Assembly: GCF_009914755.1 (NCBI RefSeq)
Contig: NC_060929.1
Length of the DNA stretch: 64,000 nucleotides
Direction: 5' to 3' (one strand)
DNA from: the human T2T-CHM13v2.0 reference genome, Homo sapiens
Both the position numbers and the translations under genes were made by a program. Shown piece by piece: positions 28,071 through 41,107 of this stretch (position 1 is its first letter; the number at the start of each line of letters is the position of its first letter). Under the pieces are notes generated by a model. It did not search any database and had not been told where the DNA came from. It saw only the letters and a list, made by a program, of their open reading frames with translations.

Positions 28071-28520
28071 TTTTTTAAATTTAATATTATTTTAAGTTCT
28101 GGGATACATGTGCAAGATGTACAGGTTTGTTACAGAGGTAAATGTGTGCGATGGTGGTTTGCTGCACCTATCAACCCATCACCTAGGTATTAAGTCCCAC
28201 ATGCATTAGCTATTTATCCTGATGCTCTCCCTCCCACTGCACCCCCGACAGGCCCTGGTATGCATCGTTCTCCTCCCTGTGTCCATGTGTTCTCATTATT
28301 CTGCTCCCACTTATAAGTGAGAATATGTGGTGTTTAGTCTTCTGTACCTGTGTTAGTTTGCTGAGGATAATGGCTTCCAGCTCTATCCATGTCCCTGCAA
28401 AGGACATGATCTCATTCTTTTTCATGGCTACATAGTATTCTATGATATATATGTACCACATTTTCTTTATCCAGTCTATCATTGATGGGCATTAGGGTTG
28501 ATTCCATGTCTTTGCTATTG
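28071..28520 (-). mobile_element. Truncated L1PA8-PA11 class 3' end
   Basis: ORF2 C-terminus ([12 protein letters not shown]...); perfect TSD aaaaatacactt 28059-28070/28521-28532. Confidence 0.9.
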
Positions 28521-28592
28521 AAAAATACACTTATATTTTTCATAGATCCTAGGCCTATACAGGGTCAGGATCAGCAAGACACAACTAACTAT

Positions 28593-28707
28593 AAAAATTC
28601 CTATCATGTAGTTAGGATAGGACCTAACTATATAGTTATATATAGTTAACTATATAGGAACTAACAATATAATTAGGTCCTATCCTAACCATATGATAGG
28701 AATTTTT
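28593..28707. repeat. Hairpin with 40-bp inverted arms and a palindromic loop
   Basis: 28593-28632 versus 28668-28707, 37/40 complementary. Confidence 0.92.
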
Positions 28708-29607
28708 CAACTCCATGTAATCCTAAGGGATCACCATCTTAGATGCAGCCAATTGTTGACCAACATGTCATTATATAGTGCATGGCTTTTGTACGTCATG
28801 GCTACATTTAAATATGCTTGTTTTCAGTGTTAGGGAAATATATGTGGTGAAAGAGATGATTAATTAATGCTGGTGTGTTGTTTGCATCAAAGAGGAAATT
28901 TTCCTTTTACTTATATTTTGAGGATGATTGGGAACATCAAGAATAGATTTATATTACAGTAGCACTCACATTTGAATCATCTTTGGATTAAAAGGTTCTA
29001 ACTAGTGTCCTTTTTGCATTGCTTTTCTTAATTATAACTATAAATCAAAAACATGTAAAACTATAGTGTGCCAAATGTTTTCTAAGACCCATTTAATGAT
29101 TGTAATAACCCACTCTAGGGGGGGTCATCATCTTTTTGTCAGGACAATCAGGTTTACGGATAGGCTCCTACTCTTAAATTTGTGCTTTGTACAGAGGGAG
29201 TATATATTACAGACACTTGGATAAATCATTTCATAAAGTATTTTCTGCAGTATCTTCTAAAATATAAAGTAATTTGATTAAAAATAAATAAGATTGTACT
29301 TAGTGGGCACAAAAGTGGATGAATATGGGATAACTTCAGAAAAAAGAGATATAGCTGATGGTGTGTATTGATTGATGACTACTTTCCTGTACTTAAACAG
29401 TTTATACTGTGCAAATATTGACCTGTATCAAGTGACTGACTACAGTATTTTCATGCAGATATTCCTTGAATTACTTTTGTAATCAGTAATTCTTTTTGAG
29501 ACAAATATGTAAAATGAAGTATTCTTCTTTAAGAAAACCTAGGATCTTTTTATTTTTATTTAAAATATTTTATTCCGAAGATTCCAGGAACATACATAGG
29601 ATAAAAT

Positions 29608-29812
29608 AGTGGTTTCAAACTGGTTTACAATCAGTGGAACTGTTTCTTCAAATGAAATTTTACATAGAAGCAAATGGCTCAGACTGAAATGAGGATGTGG
29701 GGTTGCAAGAAGCCAGATGTTCCAATGGTTCAGTTCTTACTCTCTCTGTGGTGCCCTTGGGGTGTCTCTCTGGCATCCTAAGCCTCTAAGGAGTGCATTT
29801 TGAGAACTGTGG
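29608..29812. mobile_element. Old hAT-like DNA transposon fragment
   Basis: Ends 'agtggtttcaaact' / 'ttttgagaactgtg' resemble hAT TIRs; internal 'tttcttcaaatgaaattttac'. Confidence 0.4.
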
Positions 29813-32512
29813 ACATATGTAGGAATTTGTAATTCATAGGCCATATGCCATTCATTTGGGTGTTAGATGACACTGCCTCAGTGTCATTGTTAGATCACAT
29901 AGGCTAGCCAACAGTAAACAGGAATATATTTATTGCATATAAAAGTTATTATTAGTGAACATGTTTGTCTAATTGACACTGATAATTAGATGTGTGATGT
30001 GGGGTCAGACACTTCCAATTCTCAATTTCTTTATATGTATGTAACTAGAGGGAGTTGGACTAGGGTAAGCAGAAGCTCCTGGCACCTGCCATTCTATGGT
30101 TCTGATAATATTTATTGACCTTCAATGAAGAGTCTAGAACTTTTCTGCTATGAGATAAAGAAAAAGTCTTAAGCCATGGTTTGGAACTCTAAGAGATTTA
30201 AACTCAGATTGGTGAGATAAAACTAGCCAACATGAAACTATTAGAGACAATCTATCAAAGTATTAATAAATTGTTTTGCACTATAAGATCTAAACTTATA
30301 CAGAGGCAAATAGAAAGGATCTATTTTAAAATCCTTACATTTAAAATAAAAGTGCCTGTTTGACATTTCATCTAATTTGGTGAACTGGCAAATTACACAC
30401 ACATGTATTTCCTACTAAGAACTAGAAATCAATCCTGTTGCACTATTATGATCTTAAATATGATCTCCTAAACGTGTAGAAAGGTATTAGTTGCTTTCTT
30501 TCCCCTGGTGCCTATGAGTATTAATATATATTACATTTTAATTTTAATGCCCCCGGTGAAATCTGTATTCTTAAAGAACTAGAAATCTGAATTTTTCAGC
30601 TTTAACAGATTGTATTGTTTATGAGTACAAATTAATTTTTTTTCACAAGGCTTTTCTTAAAATGAATTTTAATATAACATTAAAGTCATATATATTTCAG
30701 CATATTAAAGAATAAGGAAGAATTTTTTATGTTGGAAACTTATTTTACCTTATTAGCAATTTTAATTCATTAAGCCTTATTTTTGCTTTTGTAATAATAA
30801 CATTTTTTCAAACCATCTTAAATTTTGTAGAGAATTTTAATTTATTTGATCTTTGACTATAATATTCAAATTGGTTTTGCTTTGCTCACAAAGGTAAAGA
30901 GAATTCCAAATTTACTCATAATAAAAATATTAGAGAAACTGTCAATAAATTTACTGTTATAATTGAATCACATGATATCTAAATTGTTGATAATATGATC
31001 TGCTCGTTAAACAATAGTGTCTGGAGAAAATGATGGATTAATTGACTGATGGCTAAAGTTTCCCTCAAATATAATGGTTTACCCAGTTTGATTTGATTTG
31101 TGTAAAATAACTTTCTCTAATAAACAATTTGCTCAGAGGCAATAGAAGAAATGAATGGTTATCAAACCAAACTTAATTAGTCTATCCTAGATTGATATTA
31201 CTTGGGGAGTCTTTGTTTTAATTGTGGAGTGCTGGATACAAAGAGTTTGGTTCATTATTTTTTCCTGTATAAACACTATTGTGTAACTACCTATGGAATA
31301 ATAACATGTGAATTCATTTTAATAAATGCTTGTAAAGTGAATTAGCTAATTATACCAGGCTAAAAATGATTCCTTTAATTATTTTGGATATTTAACTGGT
31401 ACTTCAGTTTTATTATTGTTTGTCTGTAAATGTGATTTGTATTAGCTCTGCCAAACTAATTATAATGTATAACTTAACAAACAATTTGAGCAGTTTTGTA
31501 ATGCTTATATTGTTCTCTTCTCTTATGCAAAAGAAAACATTATTTCTAGTTTGCATGAAAATAAAGGTTTGATACAAATTCACATGGAAATATATGTGTA
31601 AATAGAGAAGAAAAACCTCTCAATATGCAAGGTAGTACTTGATATAACTATATGAATGAGAAGAATGAACAGATTTCCTTCAGGAGAAGATAAGCCAGTG
31701 ACTCATTAGTTTAACTTAAAATATGATATAGCATAAGAGATTTGATTGTTATTTTAAAGCTGGAAAGATGAGTTTTCTTCATGCCCTATCTAGAGAGTGA
31801 AAAACTCGATCCTCATTCTCAAAAAGAAAGATTTATAGTAATAATGTATTGTGGATGTCAAAAACAATATGCTTCTTAATCACTTTTACTTAACAGACTA
31901 ATTGTCTTTAAATCAGAAATAAATGAGAACAAAGGCTTTAGTAATAAAAAATACAGATTCCAAGTTTAGGCTTTCTAGGGGAAAAGCAAAATAGCCTCTA
32001 AAACAGTATGCAATGTAAATCATTCTTCTTTTAAAAATTAATATACAGTAAAATTCACATTTCCATCTTTTCTGGTGTACAGTTCTGTTTTAACCCAAGT
32101 ATATATTCATGTAACCACTATCACAGTCAGGATACAGAGTAGTTCTGTCCCCTGAGATAAATAAATAAACAAACAAATAAATAAATAAAGCCTCCCTCAT
32201 GGTGTCACATCTTCCCTCTGTCCCTAACACTTGGGATCCACTGATCTGTTCCCATTCACTACTGTTTTGCCTTATTCCAGAATGTTATGTAAATGGAATC
32301 CTATAAAACTTGACCTTTTAAAACTGGTTTCTTTCACTCAGCACAATTCCTTTGAGAATCCTCCATGTTTTTACAATACAGTTTGTTTTCTGTCTCCTTC
32401 TTCCCAAATTATAGCAACACTAATATCAGTTTTTGAAGTAAATATAAATTATCTGCCCCATATGGAAACTTATTTTCTCCATCATAGGATCCCTAAAAGA
32501 ACTGGAACTTGA

Positions 32513-32845
<333 letters not shown>

Positions 32846-33353
32846 AGTTCTGCCTTTTTAATGGCTGCATTGTAATTTTATGAATGTACCATACTTGGTT
32901 TAAGCTGTCTCCAACATAGATACTTAGATATATTTTTTTAAATTATCTTCAGTGCTACAGTAAACATGCTTATACAGCATATGATATGTAAGAATAGCTG
33001 CCTTCAATTTCTAGAAAAGCAGTTGCTGGATGAAAAAAAAATACACAAAATTATATGGTTGGATGGATTGCAATTTGCCTTCCAAGAAGATTGAAGCAGT
33101 TTGAACCTCACTCCATTATCTTGCCATCAATGTCATTTGTAATCTTTGCAAGTCTAGTAGATAGAAACTGTCTTACTCTAATTTATATTTCATTAAATAT
33201 TAGGACATTTAAACTCAGTATTCTGAATATATTATTTCTGTCCAATTTGAGCAGTTTCAGCACAATCTTAATTTTTATAAATCTCAAGTTTGTCATTTTA
33301 TTTTTGCCATTTTAATGGGATTGTAGGGCATCTCATTGTAGTTTTATTTTGCC

Positions 33354-33672
<319 letters not shown>

Positions 33673-33764
33673 TAATGGGTAATGATGTTGAACGGTTTTT
33701 TTTTCCACAAACTTAATTGCCTCCATATATCCTCTTTGGAAAAGTATCTTTTCAAGTCTTAACC

Positions 33765-34038
33765 CTTTTTTTTTTGTTTTGTTTTTTTTTTTTGAGATGG
33801 AGTCTCACTCTGTCGCCCAGGCTGGAGTGCAGTGGTGCGATCTCAGCTCACTGCAACCTCCCTCCACCTCCCGGGTTCAAGAGATTGTTCTGCCTCAGCC
33901 TCCTGAGTAGCTGGGATTACAGACGCATGCCACCACATCAGCTAATTTTTGTATTTTTAGTAGAGACAGGGTTTCACCATGTTGGGCAGGCTGGTCTTCA
34001 ACTCCTGACCTCATGATCCGCCTGCCTCAGCCTCCCAA
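33765..34038 (-). mobile_element. AluS (Sg-like), 5'-truncated
   Basis: 'ctcctgacctcatgatccgcc'; flanks aagtctta(a)ccc. Confidence 0.9.
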
Positions 34039-34414
34039 GTCTTACCCATTTTTTAAGTTAGCTCATTTGTTTTCTTGCTATTGAGTTTTGAGAATACTTT
34101 ATATATAGATTTTGACTACAAGTTCTTTGTTGGATATGTGATTTGCACATTTTTTTCCTCTAAGTATGTAGCTTGTTTTTTTCATTCTGAAGTATCCATT
34201 AAATAGCAAAAGTTTTTATTTTGGCAGAGTCTAATTATTACATTTTTATGGATCACGCTTTTGATATCATATCTGAGAAATCTTTGACTAATTCTGGTTC
34301 ACAAATATTTTCTCCTAAAAGTGATAGAATTTTATACAAGTCTTTTGGGCTATCTTTTTTCCTTTTGCTTTAACTGACTTGCATCTTTACATTTAATGTG
34401 AGTTTCTGATAGAT

Positions 34415-34698
34415 TTTTTTGTTTTTTAATTGAGATAGAGTCTCATCCTGGAGTGCGATGACACAATCATGGTTCACTGCAGCCTTGATCTCTTGGGTTC
34501 AAGTGATCTTCTCACCTCAGCTTCCCACGTAGCTGGGACCACAGGTGCACTACACACCCAACTAACTTTTTTATTTTTTGTAGAGACATCTTCTTTCTCT
34601 GTTGCCCTGGCTGGTCTCAAACTCCTGGACTCAAGTGATCCTCCTATCTCAGTCTTTCAAAGTGCTGGAATTATAGGTGTGACCCAGGATGCCTAGCC
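34415..34698 (-). mobile_element. AluJ
   Basis: 'catggttcactgcagccttgatctc'; small deletion near the tail. Confidence 0.88.
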
Positions 34699-34812
34699 CA
34701 AAAGCATATCTTTAGGTCTTGTTTTTAATCTGTTCACACAATCTGTCTTTCAACTGCTGTGTTTATATCATTTGCAGTTAATTATTACTGATGCTTGGAT
34801 GTAGATCTACCC

Positions 34813-36483
34813 TTTTCTTTTTTTTTTAACTTTTAGGTTCAGGGGTACATGTGCAGGTTTGTTACATAGGTAAATTGTGTGTCACATGGGTTTGGTGTAC
34901 AGATTATTTTGTCACCCAGGTAATAACCATAGTACTCGATAGGTAGTCTTTCAGTCCTCTCCTTTCTCCCATCCCCTACCCTCCAGTAGACTGTGCTGTC
35001 TGTTGTTCTCTTCTCTCTGTCCCTGTGTACTCAATGTTTAGCTTCCACTTATAAGTGAGAACATGTGGCATTTGATTTTCTGTTCCTGTGTTAGTTTGCT
35101 TAGGATAATGGCCTCAAGATCCATTCATGTTGCTGCAGAGGGCATAATCTCATTTTTTTAATGGCTGCATAGTAGTGCACAGTGTGTATGTGCCACATTT
35201 TTTTATCCAGTCTACCATTGGTGGGCATTTAGGTTGATATGCTTGTCTTTGTTACTGTGAATATTGCTGCAGTGAACATACTTGTGCATGTGTCTTTATG
35301 GTAGAACACTTTATATTCCTTTGGGTGTGTATCCAATAATGGGATTGCTGGGTGGAATGGTAATTCTATTTTAAGTTCTTCGAGAAATCGCCACACTGCT
35401 TTCCACAATGGCTGAACTAATTTACATTCCCAAGAGCAGTTTATAAGCATTCCCTTTTCTCTGCAACTTCACCAGCATGTATTATTTTTTGACTTTTTAA
35501 TAATAGTTACTCTGACTGGTGTGAGGAGGTATCCCATTGTAATTTTGATTTGCATTTCTCTAATGATTAGTGATGCTGAATATTTTTTATATGCTTGTTG
35601 GCTGCATGTATGTCTTCTTTTGAAAAGTGTCAGTTCATGTCATTTGCCCACTTTTCAGTGAGGTTCTTGTAAATTTGTTTAAGTTCCTTATAGATGCTGG
35701 ATATTAGACCTTTGTTGGATGCATAGTTTGCATATGTGTTCTCCCATTCTGTAGGTTGTCTGTTTACTCTGTTGATGGTTTATTTTTGCTGTGCAGAAGC
35801 TCTTTAGTTTAATTAGGTCTCATTTGACAATTTTTGATTTTGTTGCATTTGCTTTTGATATCTTTGTCATGAAATCTTTGCCAAGGCCTATGTACAGAAT
35901 GGCATTTTCTAGGTTAGTTTCCAGGGTTTTTATAATTTTAGGTTTTACATTTAAGCTTTAATCAATCTTGAATTGATTTTTGTATATGGTGAAGGCTAGG
36001 GGTCCAGTTTCAATCCTCTGCATGTGACTAGCTAGTGATCCCAACACCATTTATTGAATATGAAGTTTTTTCCTCATTGCTTGTTTTTGTTCACTTTGTC
36101 AAAGAGCACATGGCTGTAGGCATGCAGAATTATTTCTGCACACTCTTTTTTGTTCCATTGGTGTATGTGTCTGTTTTTGTACCAGTACCATGCTGTTTCA
36201 GTTACTGTAGCCTTGTATTATAGTTTGAAGTCTGGTAATGTGATGCCTCCAGCTTTGTTTCTTTTGCTTAGGATTGCTTTGGGTATTTGGGCTCATTTTT
36301 GTTCCATGTGAGTTTTAGAATAGTTTTTTCTAATTCTGTGAAGAATCACATTGGTAGTTGATAGGAATAGCATTGAATCTGTAAGTTGCTTTGGGCAGTA
36401 TGGCCATTTTAACAATATTAATTCTTCCTATCCGTGAACATGGAATGTTTTTCCTTTGTGTCACTCTGATTTCTCTGAGCAGT
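34813..36483 (-). mobile_element. 5'-truncated L1PA13-PA16 class (~1.7 kb)
   Basis: 'aacttttaggttcaggggtacatgtgcagg...tacagattattttgtcacccagg'; ORF2 C-terminal remnant. Confidence 0.88.
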
Positions 36484-36789
36484 TCCCTCTCTGATTTTTC
36501 CTTCTTGCTACCTTTAGATTACTTAACATTTTAGTTTTCCATTTTATCTATTGAGTTTATTACTATAAACTATAAACTACTATTAGTATCTTCAAATGGA
36601 TTTTTCATGATTGTTCTAGAAATTATACATATTCAACTTTTCACAATCTACTTAGAATTAATATTTTACCATTTAAAGTAGAATGTAAGTCCCCTTATTC
36701 TTCACTCTTTGTATATAACATATTACATACATTGAAAACCTACCAGATAATGTTGTAACTTTTGCTTTTAACTGTAATACATATGTTAT

Positions 36790-37040
36790 GTGGCTCACAT
36801 CTTTAATCCCAGCACTTTGGAGACCAGTGCGGGCAGATGGCTTGAGCTCAGGAGTTCAAGACCAGCAAAGCCCCGTCTCTACAAAAAATTCAAAAATTAG
36901 CTAGGCATTGTGACGTGTGCCTGTGGTCCCAGCTCTTCAGGAGGCTGAGGCAGAAGGATGGCTTGATTGCAGGAGTGAGATCGTGCCACTGCACTTCAGC
37001 CTGAGTGACAGAGTGAGACCCTATCTTAAAAAAAAAATGT
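36790..37040 (+). mobile_element. AluJ with internal deletions
   Basis: 'tggctcacatctttaatcccagcac...gcttgagctcaggagttcaag' + poly-A. Confidence 0.88.
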
Positions 37041-39178
37041 AAGAAGAAAGTAATATTGTTACATTTATTTAAATATCTACCCTTTCTGTTTTCTTTCACT
37101 CCAGATAGTCCAAGTTTTCCCCTCACATACTTTCCCTTTTGTCTGAAGAAATTCCCTTACTTCTTATAGAGCAGATCCACAGACAATGAATTTTCTTAGT
37201 TTTCTTTTATCTGAGAATGTCATTATTTCATCTTTATTCATGAAGGATGTATTCTCTAATAGAATTAGAATTAGAGAATGTAATTCTGTAATAGAATTTT
37301 GATTTGATGGTTCTTTCCCTTTCAGCATTTTAAAAATGTTCTACTTATATCTGACTGGGTGGTTTCTGATAAAAATTCCATGTTCATTTGGATTGTTATT
37401 CCCCTCTATGTTATGTGCTGTTTTTCTTGGGCTGCTTTCAGGATTTCTTTTTTCTTGGCCTTAGTTTTCAGCAATATGTCAAAATTGTCTGGGTTTGGAT
37501 TTCTTTGTGTTTATCTTTCATGAGACTGTAAGTTTATGTATTTTGCTGAACTTGAGAATTTATTATTCCTTTTTTCTTTATTTATTGTTGTGAAATTCAC
37601 ATGCTATATTGAGTGTTTTTGAATATACACATTCAGTGACCTTTAGTGCATTCGCCACCTCTCTCTAGTTTTAAAACTTTTCACCACTCCAGAGAAATAC
37701 TTTGTACCTATTAAGTAATCACTCTCTATTCTTTATTTCCCCTGCCCCTTGAAGATAATACTAATCTACTTTCTGTCTGTATAGATTTGCCAATTCTGTA
37801 TATTTTATATTAAATAAATCATACAATATTTGAGCTTTTCTGTCTTGCTGTTTTTACCTAGCATTATGTTTTCAAGGTTCATCCAAATTGTAACATTCAC
37901 TTAACTTCTTTTTATGGCTGAATACTATTTAATATTTCACTTTATGGCTATTACACATTTTGATCATCTTTTCATCAGCTGGTTTGGATTTGAGATGATT
38001 TCACCTTTTGGCTCTTACAAGTAATGTTGCTGTAAACATTTTTTTACAAGTTACCATGTGGACATATATTTTCATTTCTCTTGGGTATATACATAAAAGT
38101 AGAGTTGCTAAATCATATGGTAATTCTTTAACTGAATTGCTGTCAAACTATTTTCCATGATGGCCACACCATTTTACATTCCCACCAGCAATGTAAAAGA
38201 GTTTATCTTTCTCCACATCCTTGTTAACATTTGTTATTTTTAGGGTCGCTTTCTTGTTGTTGTTTTATGTTATTGTAGCCATCTTGGTAGGTGTGAGATT
38301 ATAGCTTATTGTGGTTTTGATTTGCATTTTCCTAACGTCAGCTGAGGTTTAGCATCATTTGTTTGTTGGCTATTTGTATATATTCTTTGAAGGAGGATCT
38401 GGATTTTTAAATCCTTTGCTTATTTTTAAATTGGGTCGTTTGACTTTTTCTTGTTGAATTGTTAGTGTTGTTTATACATTCTGGATATGAAATCCCTTAT
38501 CAAATACATGATTTGCAAATATGTTCTCCCTTTTTGTAGGTTATCTTTTCACTTTTTTGACGATATTCTTTGAAGCTCAAGATTCTTTAATTTTGAGGAT
38601 GTCTAATTTATCTATTCTTTGGTTGCTTGTGGTTTTTGAGTCAAATCTAAGAATTTAATAACAGTTACAAGGTCATGAAGATTCATCCCTATGTTTTTTT
38701 CTAATATTTTATACTTTTAGCTCTTGTATTTTGTATAGGGTGTGAGATTATAGGATCCAACTTCATTCCTTTGCATGTGGTCATCCAGTTGTCCCAGCAC
38801 CATTTGTTGAAGATACTATTCTTTCCCCATAAAAGTATCTTAGCACCATAGTCAAAAAATCATTTATCCATAGATTATAGGGTTTACTTCTGGATTCTCA
38901 ATTTTGTTCCTTTGTTCTGTATGTCTGTTCTTACGCTATTATCACACGGTTTTGGTTACTGTAGCTTTGCAGTAAGTTGTAAAATCAGGAAGTATGAGAT
39001 CTCCAACTTTGTTTTTCAGTATTGTTTTGGCTATTCAGGACTCTTTCCAATTGCAAATGAATTTGAACATCAGATTTTCTGTTTCTACAAAAATGCCATT
39101 GAATTTTGATAGGTATTGTGTTTAATCTGTAGATTATTTTCATAAGTATTGCCATCTTAATAATATTAAGTCTTCTAA

Positions 39179-39471
<293 letters not shown>

Positions 39472-39511
39472 TAGTTAAGCCTTCTTTAATTTCTTTCAAC
39501 AATGCCTTAGA

Positions 39512-39747
39512 ATTTTTTTTTTTTAATTAGGCAAGTTCTCTTTTTTCTCAACTTTTATTTTAGGTTCAGGTAGTACATGTGCAGATTCGTTACATGGGTA
39601 AATTGTGTGTTGCTGAGGTTCAGTGTACGAATGATCCCATCACTCAGGTACTGAACATAAAATCTAAGAGATAGCTTTTCAACTCTTGCTCCCTTACTTC
39701 CCTTCTAATAGTCCCCAGTGTGTCTTGTTTTCATTTTTCTGCCCATG
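39512..39747 (-). mobile_element. Short L1PA15/16 3' end
   Basis: 'caacttttattttaggttcagg...tgctgaggtt'; TSD tagaatttt. Confidence 0.8.
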
Positions 39748-40214
39748 TAGAATTTTCATTGTACAAATCTTTCACCTCCCTTGTTAAATTCATTCCTAGA
39801 TATTGTATCCTTTTGAATGCTATTATAAATGGAATTTTTAAAATTTTCCTTTTGGATTGTTGATTGCTAGTATATAGGAACTTAACAGAATTTTTGTTTG
39901 TTGATCATGTTCCCTGCAACTTTGCTGAATTCATTTATTAGCTGTAGTAGATTTTTTGTAGACTTTTGTAGATTTTCTATATATAGAATTATGTCATCTG
40001 TAAAGAGGTAGTTTTGTTTTTTTTCCCCACTCTGCAATTTGTAAGCCATTTATTTATTTGGCCTAATTGCTCTAGCCAGGACTTCCAGTACAATGTTGAA
40101 TAGCAGTGGTGAAAGTGGTCATCCTCTTGTTACTCATCTTGGGGGAAAGCTTTCAGTCTTTCACCATTGAATGTGATGTTAGCTTTTTTTCCTTCAAATC
40201 CTGTCAGTGTTTAG

Positions 40215-40218
<4 letters not shown>

Positions 40219-40256
<38 letters not shown>
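40219..40256. repeat. (TA)n microsatellite
   Basis: Direct read, about 19 units. Confidence 0.95.
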
Positions 40257-40259
<3 letters not shown>

Positions 40260-40558
40260 GCTGTATTTGATGCATATATGCTTATCATTGTTATATATTC
40301 TTACTGAAATGACTATTTTATCAATATGTCTTTCTTTGTCTCATGATAATTCTCTACTTAAAATCTATGTATTCTGATATTTGAATAGCCATTCTAGCTA
40401 TCTTTTAGTTACTGTTTGCATAGAATATCCTTTTTTATCCTTTCACTTTCAATTTGTTTGTGTCTTTGGATCTAAAGTGAGTCTCCTGTAAGCAGCATAT
40501 AGTTGACTGGTGTGGTTTGGTTTTGTTTTCGGGGGTTTTTTGTTCACTTGTTCATTTT

Positions 40559-41107
40559 TAAAGTGAAAGCAAGTTTATTAAGAAAGTAAAGGAATAAAGA
40601 ATGACTACTCCATTGGCAGAGCCAGTGTCTTGGGCTGCTCACTGCGATTACACTTATAGTTATTTCTTTATTATATGCTAAACAAGGGATTGATTATTCA
40701 TTAGTTTTCTGGAAAAGGGGTGGGCAGTTCTTGGAACTGAGGGTTCCTCCCCCATTTTAGACCATATAGGGTATCTTGCTAACATTGCCATGGCATTTGT
40801 AAATTGTCATGGCACTAGTGGGAGTGTTTTTTAGCATGCTAGTGCATTATAATTAGCATATAAAGAGCAGTGAGGATAAGCAGGGGTCACTTTTATCACC
40901 ATCTTGGTTTTGGTGCATTTTGGCCAGCTTCTTTACCACATCCTTTTGTCAGCAAGGACTTTGTGACCTGTACCTTTTGCCGACCTTCTGTCTCATCCTG
41001 TGACTTAGAATGCCTAGCCTCCTGGGAATGCAGCCCAGTAGGCCTCAACCTTATTTTACCCAGCCCCTATTCAAGATGGAATTGCTCTGGTTCAGACACC
41101 TGTGACG
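40559..41107 (-). mobile_element. MER41B LTR (ERV1), U5 missing
   Basis: Reverse strand reads 'gaaccagagcaattccatcttgaataggggctgggtaaaataagg...aataaacttgctttcacttta', matching remembered MER41B. Confidence 0.9.
40728..40736. promoter_or_regulatory. GAS/STAT motif TTCTTGGAA in MER41B
   Basis: TTCnnnGAA at the known MER41B STAT-site position. Confidence 0.6.

Larger units (their letters stand above)
27806..28788 (-). mobile_element. Tigger3-family (MER7/Golem) element interrupted by L1
   Basis: TA|cagtc terminus, 'tatagcctactacacacctaggct', 'ctcctaggctacaaacctgtacagcatgttact', far end 'gataggaatttttc...gcatggct'. Confidence 0.85.
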
